Positions 1-14,500 of a stretch of DNA of 64,000 nt are shown here, piece by piece. Below the pieces are notes generated by a model. The model searched no databases. It saw only the letters and a program-made list of their open reading frames with translations, and was not told the origin of the DNA. The position numbers were made by a program, and so were the translations under genes. This DNA comes from Chrysomallon squamiferum. Taxonomy: Eukaryota > Animalia > Mollusca. The stretch lies in NCBI GenBank assembly GCA_012295275.1, contig CM022670.1, forward strand, positions 31,248,001 to 31,312,000. The letters run 5' to 3'. Numbering within the stretch: position 1 is the first letter of the stretch; each line of letters begins with the position of its first letter.

Positions 1-874
1 TATAAATAATGTTCAGTTACTTTACTTAATAGATATTAAATTTTTTAAAGATATTTATAAATCGATAAATTTTACAAATATATAGCGTACGCTTCTTTAG
101 TTTATAGTATTTCATAAATTATAATATATGGAACAGTAGAAACAGTATTTATACATTTTGTTACAATAGATACAGCTTACTTATACACAATGAAAAAAAT
201 TAAATAATTTATGGCAGTCAACAGATTACTTATAAACGGAAACTTACCACAGCTAAATTCACTAGCTCGTCAGTTACCTCAAAATAAATAACTAGCAAAA
301 TTTCACTGTAGATAGCTAGACAAAACACATATCTCCATGTTACTCACATCTCGCTGTTCAGATGTTGTTGCAGTAGCGAACAGCATAATCTGTTACTCTG
401 GTTTGTCCATTGTCCAAAAGCCAGTAGTATGTTATAACGACAAGTCATGTAAATTATGTTTATTATAAATGATCGCAGGAGAACACGCATGAAATGTTAA
501 TGAACCCCTGTGGATAGCTTCATAAATGTCATCATTTTGACAGTGATATTCGAGCTCTAATTCTGAATGCTAATAACGAAAGTAACATTAAAAACCGTGA
601 AAACAAATATTTGTCCTGCGATATTTCAAATAAATCGTGTCGGTGTCAGTTATCACAGTACGTGAAGTGACAATTTTGTATAACATTTAATCAGAAAAAA
701 GTTTCTATTAGTGTTTATATTGTTATAGTCAACGTAAAACATCCGTTTTCGTTCCGTAACATAACAGTGTAGAGACATTACTGTTATTGCAAACATTTTA
801 CTTAATATAGGATTTTGTGATTTAACATAAAAACATTCGAGTTAGTTCTTCATTATTTAATAATGTTATTCATT

Positions 875-879
<5 letters not shown>

Positions 880-969
<90 letters not shown>
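880..969. repeat. (CT)n microsatellite followed by (ATGT)/(TG)n runs to ~1050
   Basis: Directly visible dinucleotide run; explains ORFs 863..1264 and 873..1067. Confidence 0.95.
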
Positions 970-971
<2 letters not shown>

Positions 972-1019
972 CATGTACAAATGTGTATATATGTATGTAT
1001 GTATGCATGCATGCATGTG

Positions 1020-1050
<31 letters not shown>

Positions 1051-1539
1051 TCTGTGTATAAATTCACATGTCTATTTGATTGTTAATTTTCTGTATCTGA
1101 TTTGTCGTTTTCCTGCTAGCAGAGCCTGTACTTCCAAAAAGTCATCGAAAAAAACAAGCAACTATCAAATCGTTAACAGTATATTCAAACAAATGTTAAA
1201 TCGATATAGGAAAAACAACATATTTTTAATTAGCGCTAATGATAATGTTCGTTTCTTCTGTTAATTTTCATTTTTTTTTTTTTTTCAATACCCAACTACA
1301 GTTAGCATAAAATTGTCTGATAAACTGCACAGTAGTACATTATTATTTTTTAATAATATGCTTTTTCTAATTTAAGTGCATATTTTCTTTTTCTTGTATT
1401 ATTTTATTACTGCCAAATTATTTTAATTCTGGTTTAGAAATCTTATCACTATAACTATTTGACTGACAACGTGCAACAGCAAAAAATAATTGTACCTCTT
1501 ATTAATTTTATCATCGTTTTCTGTTCATATTCATAATGC

Positions 1540-2030
1540 AACTGCTGTTGTTGATGCTGCTGCTGGTCCTACTGCTACTACTAATAATATTACTACTTGC
1601 TGATAAAAAAAAAAATAATAATAATAATTATTATTATTATTATTATTATTACTGTTGTTGTTGTTGTTGTTGTTATTCTTGTTGCTTGACCATCATCATA
1701 ATTACCATTATTATCGCCATCGGTACTAGTAATAACAGTAGGAGAGTTATAGTAATAGTAACAATAGCAATAATAATAGTAGCTATAGTAGTAACAGTAG
1801 CATCATTACAATAATAGTAGCAATAGTTGAAGTCGTAATAGTAGTAGTAGTAGTAATAATAGTGACAGTAGTAGCAGCAGTAATAGTAGTAGTAGTATTA
1901 AAAGAAGTAGTTATAATATTAGTAGCAGCAATAACAGCAATAGTAGTACTAATATCAGCGCAGTAATAGTAACATTAGAGTAATAATAGGATTAGATGTG
2001 GTAGTAGTAGTAGTAGTAATACAAGTACTA
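1540..2030. repeat. Compound trinucleotide low-complexity region (CTG/CTA/AAT/TTA/TTG/AGT)
   Basis: Successive trinucleotide runs; ORF 1536..1814 is a homopolymeric-amino-acid artefact. Confidence 0.9.
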
Positions 2031-3044
2031 ATATATCCATACGCATAGTATATTTATGTGTGCCCTAAAATCAGATCATTTTTAAATATTACTGTATGCG
2101 TGGTATGCGAATTTAATTCTTATAATTCACGGTTATAATAAGTAATTAATTGAAGAAAATATAGCGTCTTCCCAAAAACAGATATACTTTTGGTTTGTAC
2201 CCGAAAATAAAGAAATTTATCTATTATATCTTGCCACGACATTATGTGGTTACACGGTAAATATAGATATATTAGTATTTAAATAAAAGCAAAGTCGGTC
2301 TTTTATATAAATCGAATATTTGACATCCAGCAATTGCATGTCTGCTTCCTATTAACACTTCGAAACTACAGAAACAAGTTAAGTGGATACAGATTGGCAG
2401 ACAGTGTTACATAGGTAAAAACAATTAACAGGTAAACAGACTTAATGATGTGTAGGCAAAATCATTATAGCAAACCAACAGAAAAAGTGCGTTTCATTTT
2501 CTACTCTTCTGACTATTTGTTTTATTTTTGTATCTTCTGATCTTTGCTTGTCAGTATGTTTAAGAAATTTCATTTATGTTAATTATAATATTATGAAGGA
2601 TTTACTAACTTGGTTAAAATAATATTAGTTTCTGAAAGTGGTTTCTCAAACGTATATGTATATGTAATGATAAATTTAAAAATTATAACAATATAATAAT
2701 AATAATATGAAGAACGACATTAATATTAGTACAGCGGAGTTTCATTTAAAAAAAAAAAATGTTGTTGTTAATTGGGAGGTTGTTGTTTTTAAATGTTGTG
2801 TGTGTCTGGGTGTGTTTGTGTGTGTGATTGATGAACTACTTGCATATGTTTATTTTACAAATAAAATTAATTAAAACAAATAAAATGAAATCAATAAAAT
2901 ATAATCATCAAATAATTTAAAAATTATTAAACATTAGAAAACTTAAACATTAACACATGGTCATTGATGTATTTTATTTTTAGTTTCCTTTCCCGAAATC
3001 AAATCATAGCAAACATTTCATGAAGGAAAGCGTAATAATATATA

Positions 3045-3511
3045 CCGTATATACTTGTGTATAAGTCGAATTTTTGGGAGACTATATTAAGGTAATATTT
3101 TGGGGGTCGACTTATACATAGGTAATGCTTTTGTAGCTGTTGCCGAAGAGTCGCCATTTTGACTATTTTTTGCTACGGGATGCATCTAAAATAATCGCGG
3201 TCTTTCAGCTTTTCAAAAATATAATTTTATCGTATAACAAATTTTGAAAAATTAAATAACAAAACCAAATATGAAGGTAAAACATGATATTCTTCCGTTT
3301 AATGACATAAAAATACATTTTAAAGCGAGAAAACCGTCAGTACGGCGTTATGCTTTACGGCGTCTTGCAATGATCTAGGAATGCAGACTTCTCTGCCAAA
3401 TTGCACTAAATATCGGTCCTAATTTCATAAACAAAACTCACTTGTTTAATTGTAAAGAATTTGGTGAAATAATATTGCAATCGTCATTAATATGTACACA
3501 AGTATATACGG
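3045..3511. mobile_element. Tc1/mariner-superfamily (pogo/Tc2-type) MITE
   Basis: Perfect 17-bp TIRs ccgtatatacttgtgta (3045-3061) and tacacaagtatatacgg (3495-3511), each flanked by TA. The subterminal tataagtcga...tcgacttata palindrome is typical of pogo/Tc2 ends. Confidence 0.85.
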
Positions 3512-3604
3512 TATGTTTTACAAACAATATTCTATACCATAATTTTTCTATCTTTTTGTTTTCTGTAACAAAACAATACTGCATATGGACATCAGTCATA
3601 ATAA

Positions 3605-4570
3605 TCAGGTCAATCTGTATATTTCCGTTTGAGGTACCACCTGTGATACTCTGCATCTCAGTAACATTTTGTAGGCATGCCTGAATTTTGAATTCTTTAA
3701 GCCGTAAACAAAACAATTGATTACAGGATTACATGAATCCAAACCTAGTAACATAACCATAACGATAGGGTTTGGCATTTGCTTTGAAAACGTGACAGTG
3801 AAATAGTATAGCATATGTGGCAGGTACAGACAAACTGATATTCCATAGGCAAAAATCATGAGAGTTGACTGAGAAGATGCATTCTTTTCTGTCATGGTCA
3901 CCGGTATTAGGGGTTTCCTAAGTCGAAAACTCAGTTCTGCAGCCACAACTCGAACAAAGGCCAATATTCCAATAACCTGAAAAAATAGCAGGCAGATGAT
4001 AAAATTTCTGGTAAACCAGTCTGGAAATAGAATTGGAGAGTAACATATGGGATTCACTGACCAAAGATCTATCCCACATATTTCCGGTAGATTTACGAAG
4101 ATCGTTATCACACAAGCAATGAAGCACAAGATGATGTTGTGTTTCAATGTTACTTTGGCATGGTAACGATAAGGAAATTGCACTGCGTAGAAACGTTCTA
4201 GAGAGAGTAGTGACTGAAAAATGACGTTACTGAACATCACACACTGGCTTACGAACAAGAAGGTCAAACAGGTTAACCTGCTGTTGGTGGCGGAAGGTTT
4301 ATTCGTCCTCATCAACATCAGAGGTGTAAACACTGTTGCGGTTAAAAGATTGCTTATAGCCAAAGCAGCTATCATTACATTACTAGGATATCTCAGACTT
4401 TTAAAACGGCTGATTGCTGTAATCGTTAAAATGTTTCCTACGATTGCAATACAAATTAGTAATATTTTTAAACACATCACACTTTTATTGAAGACGGTAT
4501 GGTTTTTTGGCGTCGTCGTTGACAACTCGAAAATATTACTGTTGTTTGCCATTTCACTGCGCTGATTCAT
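3605..4570 (-). CDS. Intronless rhodopsin-like (class A) GPCR, orphan or chemoreceptor-like, 321 aa
   Basis: Seven hydrophobic segments; N-terminal sequons NNS/NHT/NKS; TM1 GN; TM2 LAISNL; TM3 Cys and SLERF (DRY-like) followed by AVQFPYRY; TM6 CLYLP; TM7 NPVINCFVY; helix 8 FRHAY with a following Cys. Confidence 0.9.
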   Translation of the reverse strand: MNQRSEMANNSNIFELSTTTPKNHTVFNKSVMCLKILLICIAIVGNILTITAISRFKSLRYPSNVMIAALAISNLLTATVFTPLMLMRTNKPSATNSRLTCLTFLFVSQCVMFSNVIFQSLLSLERFYAVQFPYRYHAKVTLKHNIILCFIACVITIFVNLPEICGIDLWSVNPICYSPILFPDWFTRNFIICLLFFQVIGILAFVRVVAAELSFRLRKPLIPVTMTEKNASSQSTLMIFAYGISVCLYLPHMLYYFTVTFSKQMPNPIVMVMLLGLDSCNPVINCFVYGLKNSKFRHAYKMLLRCRVSQVVPQTEIYRLT

Positions 4571-5932
4571 CTGCTATGCAGTTAGAATTTCAGTGTTTTA
4601 CTTATCTTCAAAAACGAGGAATATTTGAAGAGTTCCCCGTCATTGGATAGAATAATTTTATGTATTGTCTTTTGTCAGATATTTCATCGAATGGGAAATC
4701 AGCTTCCTTTATAAATATTTGTGCCAACGAAAGAAATATCTTTCGCATTCTCTTAAGTAAACTTGAATCCAGTCTTTATTATTATTAAATCGAAAAAGTT
4801 GTTACATTTTCACTTTTTGCTGAACAGAAATTTTATACTCCATATCCTGACACAGTTATGTTATTTGTTTTGGGTTTTTTTTGTTTATTTGTTTGTTGGT
4901 TTTTGTTTTGTTTTTCTTGTTTTCTGTTTTATTTTGTCTGCGGTTTTTTAAAATTAATACTGAAATAACAAACTGCCATCGATTAATCCATTCCTGCATG
5001 TTTATTTAACATCGGTTTCTAGAATTAACGTAATTATTGTATAAAATAGCATTAACTTTACTAACCTAACAAACCTTGTCGTTTGATCGGCTCCTGTATG
5101 TAAACTAGCAGTCGATTGTCAGAATTTGATCATCTAAATTACAATTATTTTTCATTCTTTTGTATTAAAAAAAAAAAAAAAAAACAATTATATTTATTTT
5201 TTTATTCTTTATTTATTTTATATATATTTTTTTTCTGTTGTTTTGTGTTTCATTTCCCCCACCCTAGACCAAACATCACTGTGTTAAGTAAGCATGTTTC
5301 GAAGGCCTTATTTAAAAATGGTTGTGTGTCAATGGTATATGCATCTAATTTAATGGTATCACAATCTGTTATCTTTATTCGCTGGGTTAAAAGTTCATAT
5401 GCGCTGTAACACAATATAACAGAAGGTATTTTGGCATTGACGTAATTGTGAATTTATACACTATGCCATTTTCATGTCAGTGGTACAGATCTAATTGTTC
5501 AGTTGTCATTTACTTTTAAAATCCTGTATACGCTAACTTGCTATACAATAAAATATATATATGTGTTATATTTTTTATTTATTTATTATTAGTATTATTA
5601 TTATTATTATATTTGAAAATACTCTGTATATAACTATGGACGTAACCAAAAGACAAAACAGTCATATGAAAAGTATATACAGTAACAGCACTGACATAAA
5701 TATCTGGATCAGCATAAAATAAAATAGCACGCTGACTGGATCTGCATGCGCGCGCGCCCAGACACACACACACACGAGAAGCACGTTTTATTTATAATTA
5801 CCAAGTTCGATCAAAATCAAAAGAAAGAAGTACTTTAAATATAAAGATATTATTGTCGTTTCATAAGAAATAATTATATAAAACTTTTTCTCTCCTTATT
5901 CACAGCTAAGTAACAAAATTAATATATATATA

Positions 5933-6651
5933 CAGTAGTACCTCTAGTTACGAGCGCTCCAACTTATGAATTTTGCAAGTTAAGAGCAGTAGCCCGGTCG
6001 ATTTTTTGCTTTGAGTTGCGAGCCACAATCCGAGTTACGAGCGAGCTTCAACTACGTCGCCGCTAGTTTGCGCAGCGAACAACACATCCCAGTATGCCGC
6101 ATCTGAGTCGTTTACTTCACGTGGTTACCTCTGCGTGGAAGCATCTGAGCGGTATTTTGCAAATTTCCATGGATCCGAAGAAAGTGAGTGCGAAGGTCAG
6201 TGCTGAGAAGCGGATAATATCCACTGAATTAAAGCATGAAATCACAGAAAAACATGAGCGAAGTGTGCGTGTACTCAACATGATTAGGCAGTAAGAGCGT
6301 AGTACTTTTACGGTATGTACCATACTGAAGAAGGAGTCGATAAAGACTATAACTCCAGCCAAAGGTGTTAAAATAATTCCTACGCTGCGGACCTCTGTCC
6401 ATGAAAAGATGGAGAAACCCTGCACACTTTACAAAACCTATTTATTTCTTTAAATTCTCTCTTCTTATTTTTTTTTTTTTTTTTATACAATATTTGTCAT
6501 TTATACATATATTTTTCTAATTCAAAAACACGTTACAAAATATTGGGGTGGTTTTGGTGGGGTCTGGAACGGGTTAATTTTATTTCAATTAATTTCATTT
6601 GGGAAGATTGATTTGATACATGAGAAAATTGAGTTACGAGCTCGGCCACTG
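5933..6651 (+). mobile_element. Tigger (TIGD1-like) non-autonomous element with decayed CENP-B-type HTH N-terminus
   Basis: TA|cagtagtacctc...ccactg|TA termini. The internal relic MDPKKVSAKVSAEKRIISTELKHEITEKHERSVRV...STFTVCTILKKESIK...PAKGVKII carries a stop. Same family as 13587-14327 and 29987-30710. Confidence 0.88.
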
Positions 6652-6918
6652 TAACTAAATGTTATTGCAAAGAATAGTGATGACTGTACATGATTGAAAA
6701 ATAATAATAATAAAATACACTTAATTTTTTTATTAACTATTGGTCATTTTACAAAATTGTGCGTGTTCTTCTGTGATTGTGTATTCGTAACAATTCCCTG
6801 TTTTTGTTAGTAATTATGGAAAATTTAAATCTTACTACCACATTAGAAACTGTGCTAAGTTTCACTGATGTATACACCCTCCCACACTGGCGCATAGAGA
6901 AAAAAGAAAAATAAGAAT

Positions 6919-6959
<41 letters not shown>

Positions 6960-7566
6960 ACAAATAAATGCTTGTTTATGCTAAATGGCACGACTATTAA
7001 TTGTATTTCTATCAAATGCAATGTCCCGTTGGACATCTGACCTTCTGAATTATGAGAGTATCTTTTCAGTTTGTTTTGTCATTAGCTGTTATCCTGTATC
7101 CTCTGTCGAACAGCTGTCATAAAGACTTAGTGATGAAGGTCATTAGAAGTTCAAATATTAATACATAGCTTAATGACATTCTGGTTTCCGATTGTAACTG
7201 GAATACAAGATAGGAAGCTATATGCTCTATTATATTTGATTGCTGTCGTCAGTATTTATAACCCTTTTGATTTTGGGGCAAAAATAAAATTATACCTCTG
7301 GTCATGTGCTAATGTTTTTTTGTTTTTTTTTGTTTTTTTCAAATTCTTAATTGTATGTTAGTTATATTTATTTATTTATTTATTTATTAAATTTTAATTA
7401 TAAAATTATTCATACTCAAAATGGCTTTCATTTCACATTACCTTTTTTTAAGGTCAGCCAATCAATAAAAAAAAAGTGTAGGTAATATATAAATTCTGAT
7501 TGCCTGTATTATTAACAATTCAAAAAACTGCAGTTTCTCAATCTCAATCTCTCTCTCACATACACT

Positions 7567-7624
<58 letters not shown>

Positions 7625-8541
7625 AGCCACAATTTTCCTTTTATACATCCTTTTTTTTTTTATCTCTTTCTTTCTTTATAGTTAAATATACTGCCTGTAG
7701 ATATTTAGGTGTTTTATTGGCATTTAACTGCACATCTTTTGTCTTAAAAAGACAAATATGCAGATCTAACGATGAAGCTGGACGCAGATGCAAATTATGA
7801 TTTGAAGTACATCTGTAAGAAAACAGGAGGAGTGAATAGAACTAACTACCAATCTGATAGTAATCTGAACATCAAACTGACAATCACTTCAGTTTTTATT
7901 ATTTATATAAATTATTTCATTTTTATAGAGTACCTTTCTCAAATTATTAATCAATAATTTTCAGGAAAGCAGATTCTTTATAATTATGTGTAAATTGTTA
8001 AATACCCTTATTTTTTACTTATTTTTAAATTACTAACAAAATTTAAAAATTAAAATTTACTGGCCAATGATTTATTATATTTGTTCAAAATTTTATTGTG
8101 AAAAATATTTATTTTTACAAAATTTATAAATGCTTTGTTTTTTTTTCTTTTTACTCCTGAACTAGTATAAGTTATTTAAGAAATAAATTAAATATACATA
8201 AATGCATCCATGCTTTAAACAGCATTCATAAAGACAGAAATAATTTTAAGTTACAGAACTTTCCTTTAGTGATTAAATCTTTACATTAACAAACAGTCAC
8301 CCACCCAAACAATAAATAAATAAATAAATAAAAAATAAAAAACTTTTCGATAGTGACTATGTATTATATTAGAAATAAACAAACAAAAAAAAAAAAAAAA
8401 AAAAATTAAATAAATAAAAAATTAATTTCATTTTTAGTTTAATCTTATTAAACACACAGATGCACCAAATATGCAAATTATTGTGTCAATGCTCTGGAAA
8501 TTGTTGCAGATTGTTTTTGTCTTTTATTAACATCAGTCAGT

Positions 8542-11500
8542 TCAGCAAGTCTCCATGGTAGTTTCTTCAACTTCTAGTCGTTTTGTAGCATATAATAGAA
8601 CATAAGCACAATGCCAGTCTCCTGCAAATATATACCATTATTCATAAACTATAATACATTAGACAAAAGACACAAATAATACAGCAGAGGAAAAAAATAA
8701 AGATATTGTTAAGAGACTCCAACCAAAATCTGAGAAATGAAATCAGTCTCTGAAATCTACAACTGCTGTTCAGTAAAATTGTTATTATCCATTTTATGCC
8801 AATGAAATGAGAATACACACACACACACACAAAAAGAAAAAAAAAAAGTTATTTGGCCTAATGCATGAAATGTTTAGGCATTTAGCCTAATGCCAAGACC
8901 ATTTTGTTGGACACCTATTTGTCTCCCCAGAGTTGCATTTCACAAACCCTTGACATCCTGTGGATCCTGTGGATGACACCTTTGACACTGCTGCTGTAAC
9001 AGACACTGTATTTTGTTCACATCACCCAACAATCGCGGTCTCTGTGGACACACATCAAACTGGTTCCAAGGACTTCATGAGGTAGTGAAGATGATCCATC
9101 CCGATAAGAGCTGAATACAGTGACTGCTTGATGTCAGCACTGTAGTCTGTAGTATGAGTTCTTCCTGAATTGAACAAACTTGATGCCTATACTACAGTCC
9201 CTTGTAACATTCTCACTCATTCAGGCTACTAATATGTCTTTAATGTCTAAGTTTGCCAGGTCAACAGAGCCCTGGCTTTGGTGGTGTCTTGCCAAATAAC
9301 CAATTTGGTCCACAATTCCATCAAGTTCCTTGACTACAACAGCTGTAAAACTCGGATCTGTTGTCACACTTTGAAGTAAGAGGCCTGTGAATACAGAACT
9401 TGGTCAAATGGTCCTGGTAAACCATAATCCACTTGTACTTTCCACTGGGTAAGGACTGCATATCTACAAGATCCACTTGGCCACAAGATGAAGACTCCTT
9501 GGTCAGAACAGGTTGGACTACCACTCCTTTGGATGTCGGTTATTTCTATTGACAGTCCATGAATAGTGACTTGAACAAACTGATAGCTTCACATGTCAAA
9601 TTCACATACTTTTTGGACAGTTCCTTCAGCATCTGATCTTGTCCACTGTGGCCTGTTGAAATGTGTGTGCACTTGATGACATCAAAGCTGTCTTCAGTGG
9701 AAATGTAGTTCAGAGGTGTTTCTTCATCTGTTTGGCACTCCTTGGTCAGTTTCTGCACGTCTCCACACTGCAGATTTTCAAACTTGGACATGAGGTAGTA
9801 CATGGTGGGTTTTCTTCCAGAGATCTTCTTTAGCTGGTACATATCAAAAAGCACTCTTCCTTTGGAATGTATAATCTCTTGCATGCTTTATACTTCTTAA
9901 ACAGTTCTCTCTGAAATCGATCTTCTACAGGAACCTCCATGGTGGACGTGTAAGTGATCTGAATGTGATCAGGAGCCAATGTATTTTATACCACCTATCA
10001 ACATTGACCAATGAAGGCAGTACCCAACACTAATGAGATGTGTTTTTTAAGGATTAAACATGTCCTTGAAATCTGAATAGGTAAGCTATAGATTGTTGGT
10101 ATTAAAATCATTCGTCTTTGATTTAACAATAACAGTACCACTAATCCCTCCCATCTAATAAGGCAATATATGCTCTGAAGAAGAGTGTAAATAATATGTT
10201 TTTAAATTACATTTCTCTGTTGTCAGTGTTTGATACATATGTAACTATTGCGCTGTTTTATGGTAGTGAGATATGGGGTTTTCAAAAAGCATGTGTTTTT
10301 GAGAAAATACATTTAAATTTTTGTAAAAATTGTATTTTAAGTTATAGAAAAATAATTGAGTGACTTTTATTAGGAAAACTTTATATGAATTGGGTTTGGG
10401 ATACATATGGATAGAGCAGGACCAGATAAATGAAAATATAAAAAATTATTTGTATATAAATAAGGAAAGAATGTATGACCAATCAAGACAGAATCTTTCA
10501 ATTCAGCAAAATACATCTGTGAAATGTGACAATTTATATAAAAATTACAGATGGTGTATCAATTCAGTTTTATTCAGTTAAATCTATACCAATGATTTAT
10601 AAAAGATACTTAACAAAAGTGAGGCTATCTGCACATCAGCTGGCAATTTAGACTGGGAGATATAAGAATATTCAAAAAGCAGAAAAAAAATGTGTATATT
10701 ATTTAACAGTGGTGAGATTAATGATGAGATTGAAAATAAGAAATCACTGTAATTTGGGAAGATGTTTGTTTAAAGCATTTCAATGTAGAAAAGTTTTGAT
10801 TAGATAGATATAATTTATATGCTATATTATTTGTGTTCTCCAAAGGTTTTTTCTTTTTTATTATACTGTCATTATATTGCTGCATTTTTTATTACTGACA
10901 TTGTACATCAATAAGCTGTAAAGCTTACGATAATAAAGAATTGAACTGAACGACTAATCCCTACAATGAACAGATGTAAGCAAAGCATTAAACCCATGAT
11001 TGCCTGAATTGCTATCAGGCAGAATGTCAAACAACACCAACCAAAAAACAGTCCTTTGGCCTAATTCCTGGAAATTTTAGTCATTAGGCCTGACAGTCTT
11101 GGGAAATATACTTTGTATGAGCCAGTAAATAATTACAAACAAAACATTATTTACACAAACTAATGAACTGAATGGATTGCTTACCTCCTCCTGAAAGTTT
11201 TAAAATGTCCTCTGATGTTACAGGTGATACATTATCATCATCAAACATCAACCACTGATCTACAAGAAAACATTGAAAAATCTAAATATTAAAATAAAAA
11301 ATTGATTCACTTCTAAACAGTCCATCATTATGTTAGTTACTATTTCATGTTGAAATTATCTGCTGAATATTAGAAAATTTCAGGTACATCTCTTGTTTTT
11401 AACTGAAAGATTCAGCTTTCTATAAACTGCAAAAGAAATTTTTATTTTTTATTTAACTACATGCTCTGTAGTTAATATTCATAAGATAAATATAACGTAC

Positions 11501-14500
11501 TTTACTATAAGAAGTTCATTTATAAAGATTAGAATTACAACACACCTCCAGATCTTCGAACCCACGACACATAGTGACCACTTGAACTGGATCGACCTTT
11601 GTGAGTAAGGACAGCTTTCAGTTCATAAAAACCACTATTAGATGATCCTATATCTGAAATTATAATAGTTAATAAAATATTGTATAATATGGCATCATGC
11701 ACAGAAATTCAGTTATGTTTCTATGTAGGTTTCACATACAGAACTCAAAAGATTATTTTTTATTCATATCAGTTACAAGCTTTTTGAAGTTACACAGTTT
11801 TATATATTGTGAATCAAATGTACATAAATTTGTCAACAGAACATGAAAAAACGTACACAAATCATAAGTATTATTCAGTATAATATAAAACATAAATAAA
11901 TCTTTGAATAATTTTTTTAAATTTTACTTTTATTTCAAAATATAAACTGTTAAAAAAAAATCATCCAGATACCAATCACAGTTTACATACCATCTGGAAA
12001 TGAAAATGGTTCATAATTTTTCGGGCTTTCTTTTTCAGTCTGAATAACTGCCTTCTTACTAGCTCTGTTTGCCTGCAGGGAAATAATAAATGTGGATTAT
12101 GATTATTAATATCATATTTTCTTTTCACAAGTTTGAGTTAAAAATTAAATAAAAGCAAAAGATTTCAATAAATATTTCCAGCATCATATTGTTAATAAAT
12201 GTTCAAAAATGTCTAAATAACAAAATCAATATAAAAATCTGAGTTTATTGAATCAAGATATATTGTTAATATTTAATTTAAACAGGAATTAAAACACAAA
12301 TTTATGCATCAAAAGAATATTTACTATGAGTCATTTCCTTTTGACTATAATCATACTATAATTAACTAGATGTTTTTCTTTATATAATTTCTAATTAATT
12401 ACACAATTTCTAATTATGTTACTTTCATTAATTAATTTCAAAAGGTTTTGCTCACCTCCACTTTTTCTAATTCTCTGTCCTCTCTCTCCTTGAATCGATC
12501 CCTCATTGGAATCAGTTTCTTTTGTAACTCATCTGTACACAAGTCAAACACATCCAGATTTAACTGGAATTTCACATCCTAAACACAAAGATTAGAAAAC
12601 CAGTAATCAGTACATACCATACAAGTATTAAAATATAAGGATTCACAATATTTCTTTGATCAAGGGAAATAATTAAGGTTGCTAAACAAATGTTATTTTT
12701 TAATTTCCTTTAAAAAGATTTTAAAACGGCAAGTTTCTTTCAAAAAACATATTTAAACATATCAAAACAATTCTGTGGATTATAAATGTAAATAATACAA
12801 CCATGTATATATTTTTACTTACTTTTAGAATTTTGGCATTAATGGCTTCTTTTTCTTTGAAATAAAACCGAACAAACTGTATGGCCAGATATGCAGGTAG
12901 TCTCTTAATTTTGCTCTATAGTAAAACAAAAATGGTTATAATACATTAGGGGGCTCTTTTTAATACTTTGTTTTGTAAAACAGATAAGTATAATTATTCA
13001 CAACAAATGCTCTTTATTATATTTTTCTGTTATTTATTCTATCTCGATTTTGGGGAGTAACATTAATTAAATTTCAGTTAACACTGATCAAATTTAAAAG
13101 TCAGTTATCAAATACTTACAGATTTTGTATACAGTGCATCTCTTTCTAGCGTGGGAGAATATTTTGTTATTGTTTCTTCTAATCTCTGGAAACAAAAATA
13201 TATTCAAATTAACAAAATGAAAAACAAATTAACAAAAAAATATATATATAAATAAATAAATAAATAAATAAATAAATATTATTATTATTATTTCAAAGAG
13301 TATCTATCTATTTAAAACCTGAAGAAAAAGAAGAAAATATTTCTAAAAATACTAGATTATATAAGTTGTATAAAATATTTTACTTACAGATTTCAAACCA
13401 GTCTGCATGTATTTCACCTCTGAAACAAAAATTACAAAATATCATTTTAAAGGGAATACTATAAAGAAATTCATCATCACTGAAAAAGAGCAGCAATTAG
13501 AAAAAAGGAGAAAAACATCTTTAACATCATTTTATGTCTTGTTCTTTCTAACAAATTTATAATTTTAATACTGATGGAAAGAAATACAGTGGTACCTCAA
13601 TTTATGAGCTTACTTCGTTCTGTGACTGAGCTCATAACTCAATTTGCTTGTATGTCAAATCTGTTTTCCCAAATGAAATTAATTGAAATACTATTAATCT
13701 GTTCTAGCCCCCAGAAAACCACCCCACTTGCTGTAATGGTTTTTAAATAAGGAAAATGTATTTATAAATGACAAATATTGTTTAAAAACAAAATGAAAGA
13801 AAATGTAAAGAAATAAATTAGTTTTTTAAAGTGTATTTATCTTGGACACCAGACAAATTATCTTAATGCCTTTGGTTGGAGTTATAGCCTTTATCGACTC
13901 CTTCTGCTTCAGTATGGCATATATCGTAGAAGTATTACACTTGTGCTGCCTAGCCAAGTCAACTACATGCACACCTCACTCATCTTTTTCTGATTTCTCA
14001 CTTTAATTCAATGGACATCATCCATTTCTTCTCCTCTGCACTGTCCTTTGCACTCACTTTCTTAGACGCCATGGTCAGATAAAAAGAAATTTGGCAAAAT
14101 ACTACACAAAATGCCAGCACAACACAACAGATATGCTTCCACAGCAAGGTATCTACATGAAGTAAACAAAGTGAAATGCGGGTGACTGGGCAGATGTTGT
14201 TTTGTTCATTGTGCCAACTAGTAACTTGGATTTTGGCTTGCAACTCAAAGTAAAAAAATCGGCCGGATGACTGAGTGTAACTTGGAAAACTCGTAAGTTG
14301 GTGCATTCATAAGTCAAGTTACCACTGTATTTTTATTCAGACCTTTCTCAATGAAACAGCTAAGTTGTAGAAACTTTTCTATAGATCGTGATTCTGGTTC
14401 TTCTGGAGCTTCATTACACTTCATTCTGAACCTCATGAAGGATTTAATATTTAAATATTATACAGTTTTGTAAAACATGTATGCAATAGCTAACTAACTT

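Noticed and set aside
863-1814. ORFs with poly-LS, poly-ER, poly-Y, poly-C or poly-N tracts (also 44804, 47700, 48195, 48399, 50380, 57072, 59402, 63269)
   Set aside because: They are translations of microsatellites and low-complexity DNA, with no protein-like content.
3918-4565. ORFs 3918..4127 (-) and 4221..4565 (+)
   Set aside because: Alternative-frame and antisense shadows of the GPCR coding sequence.
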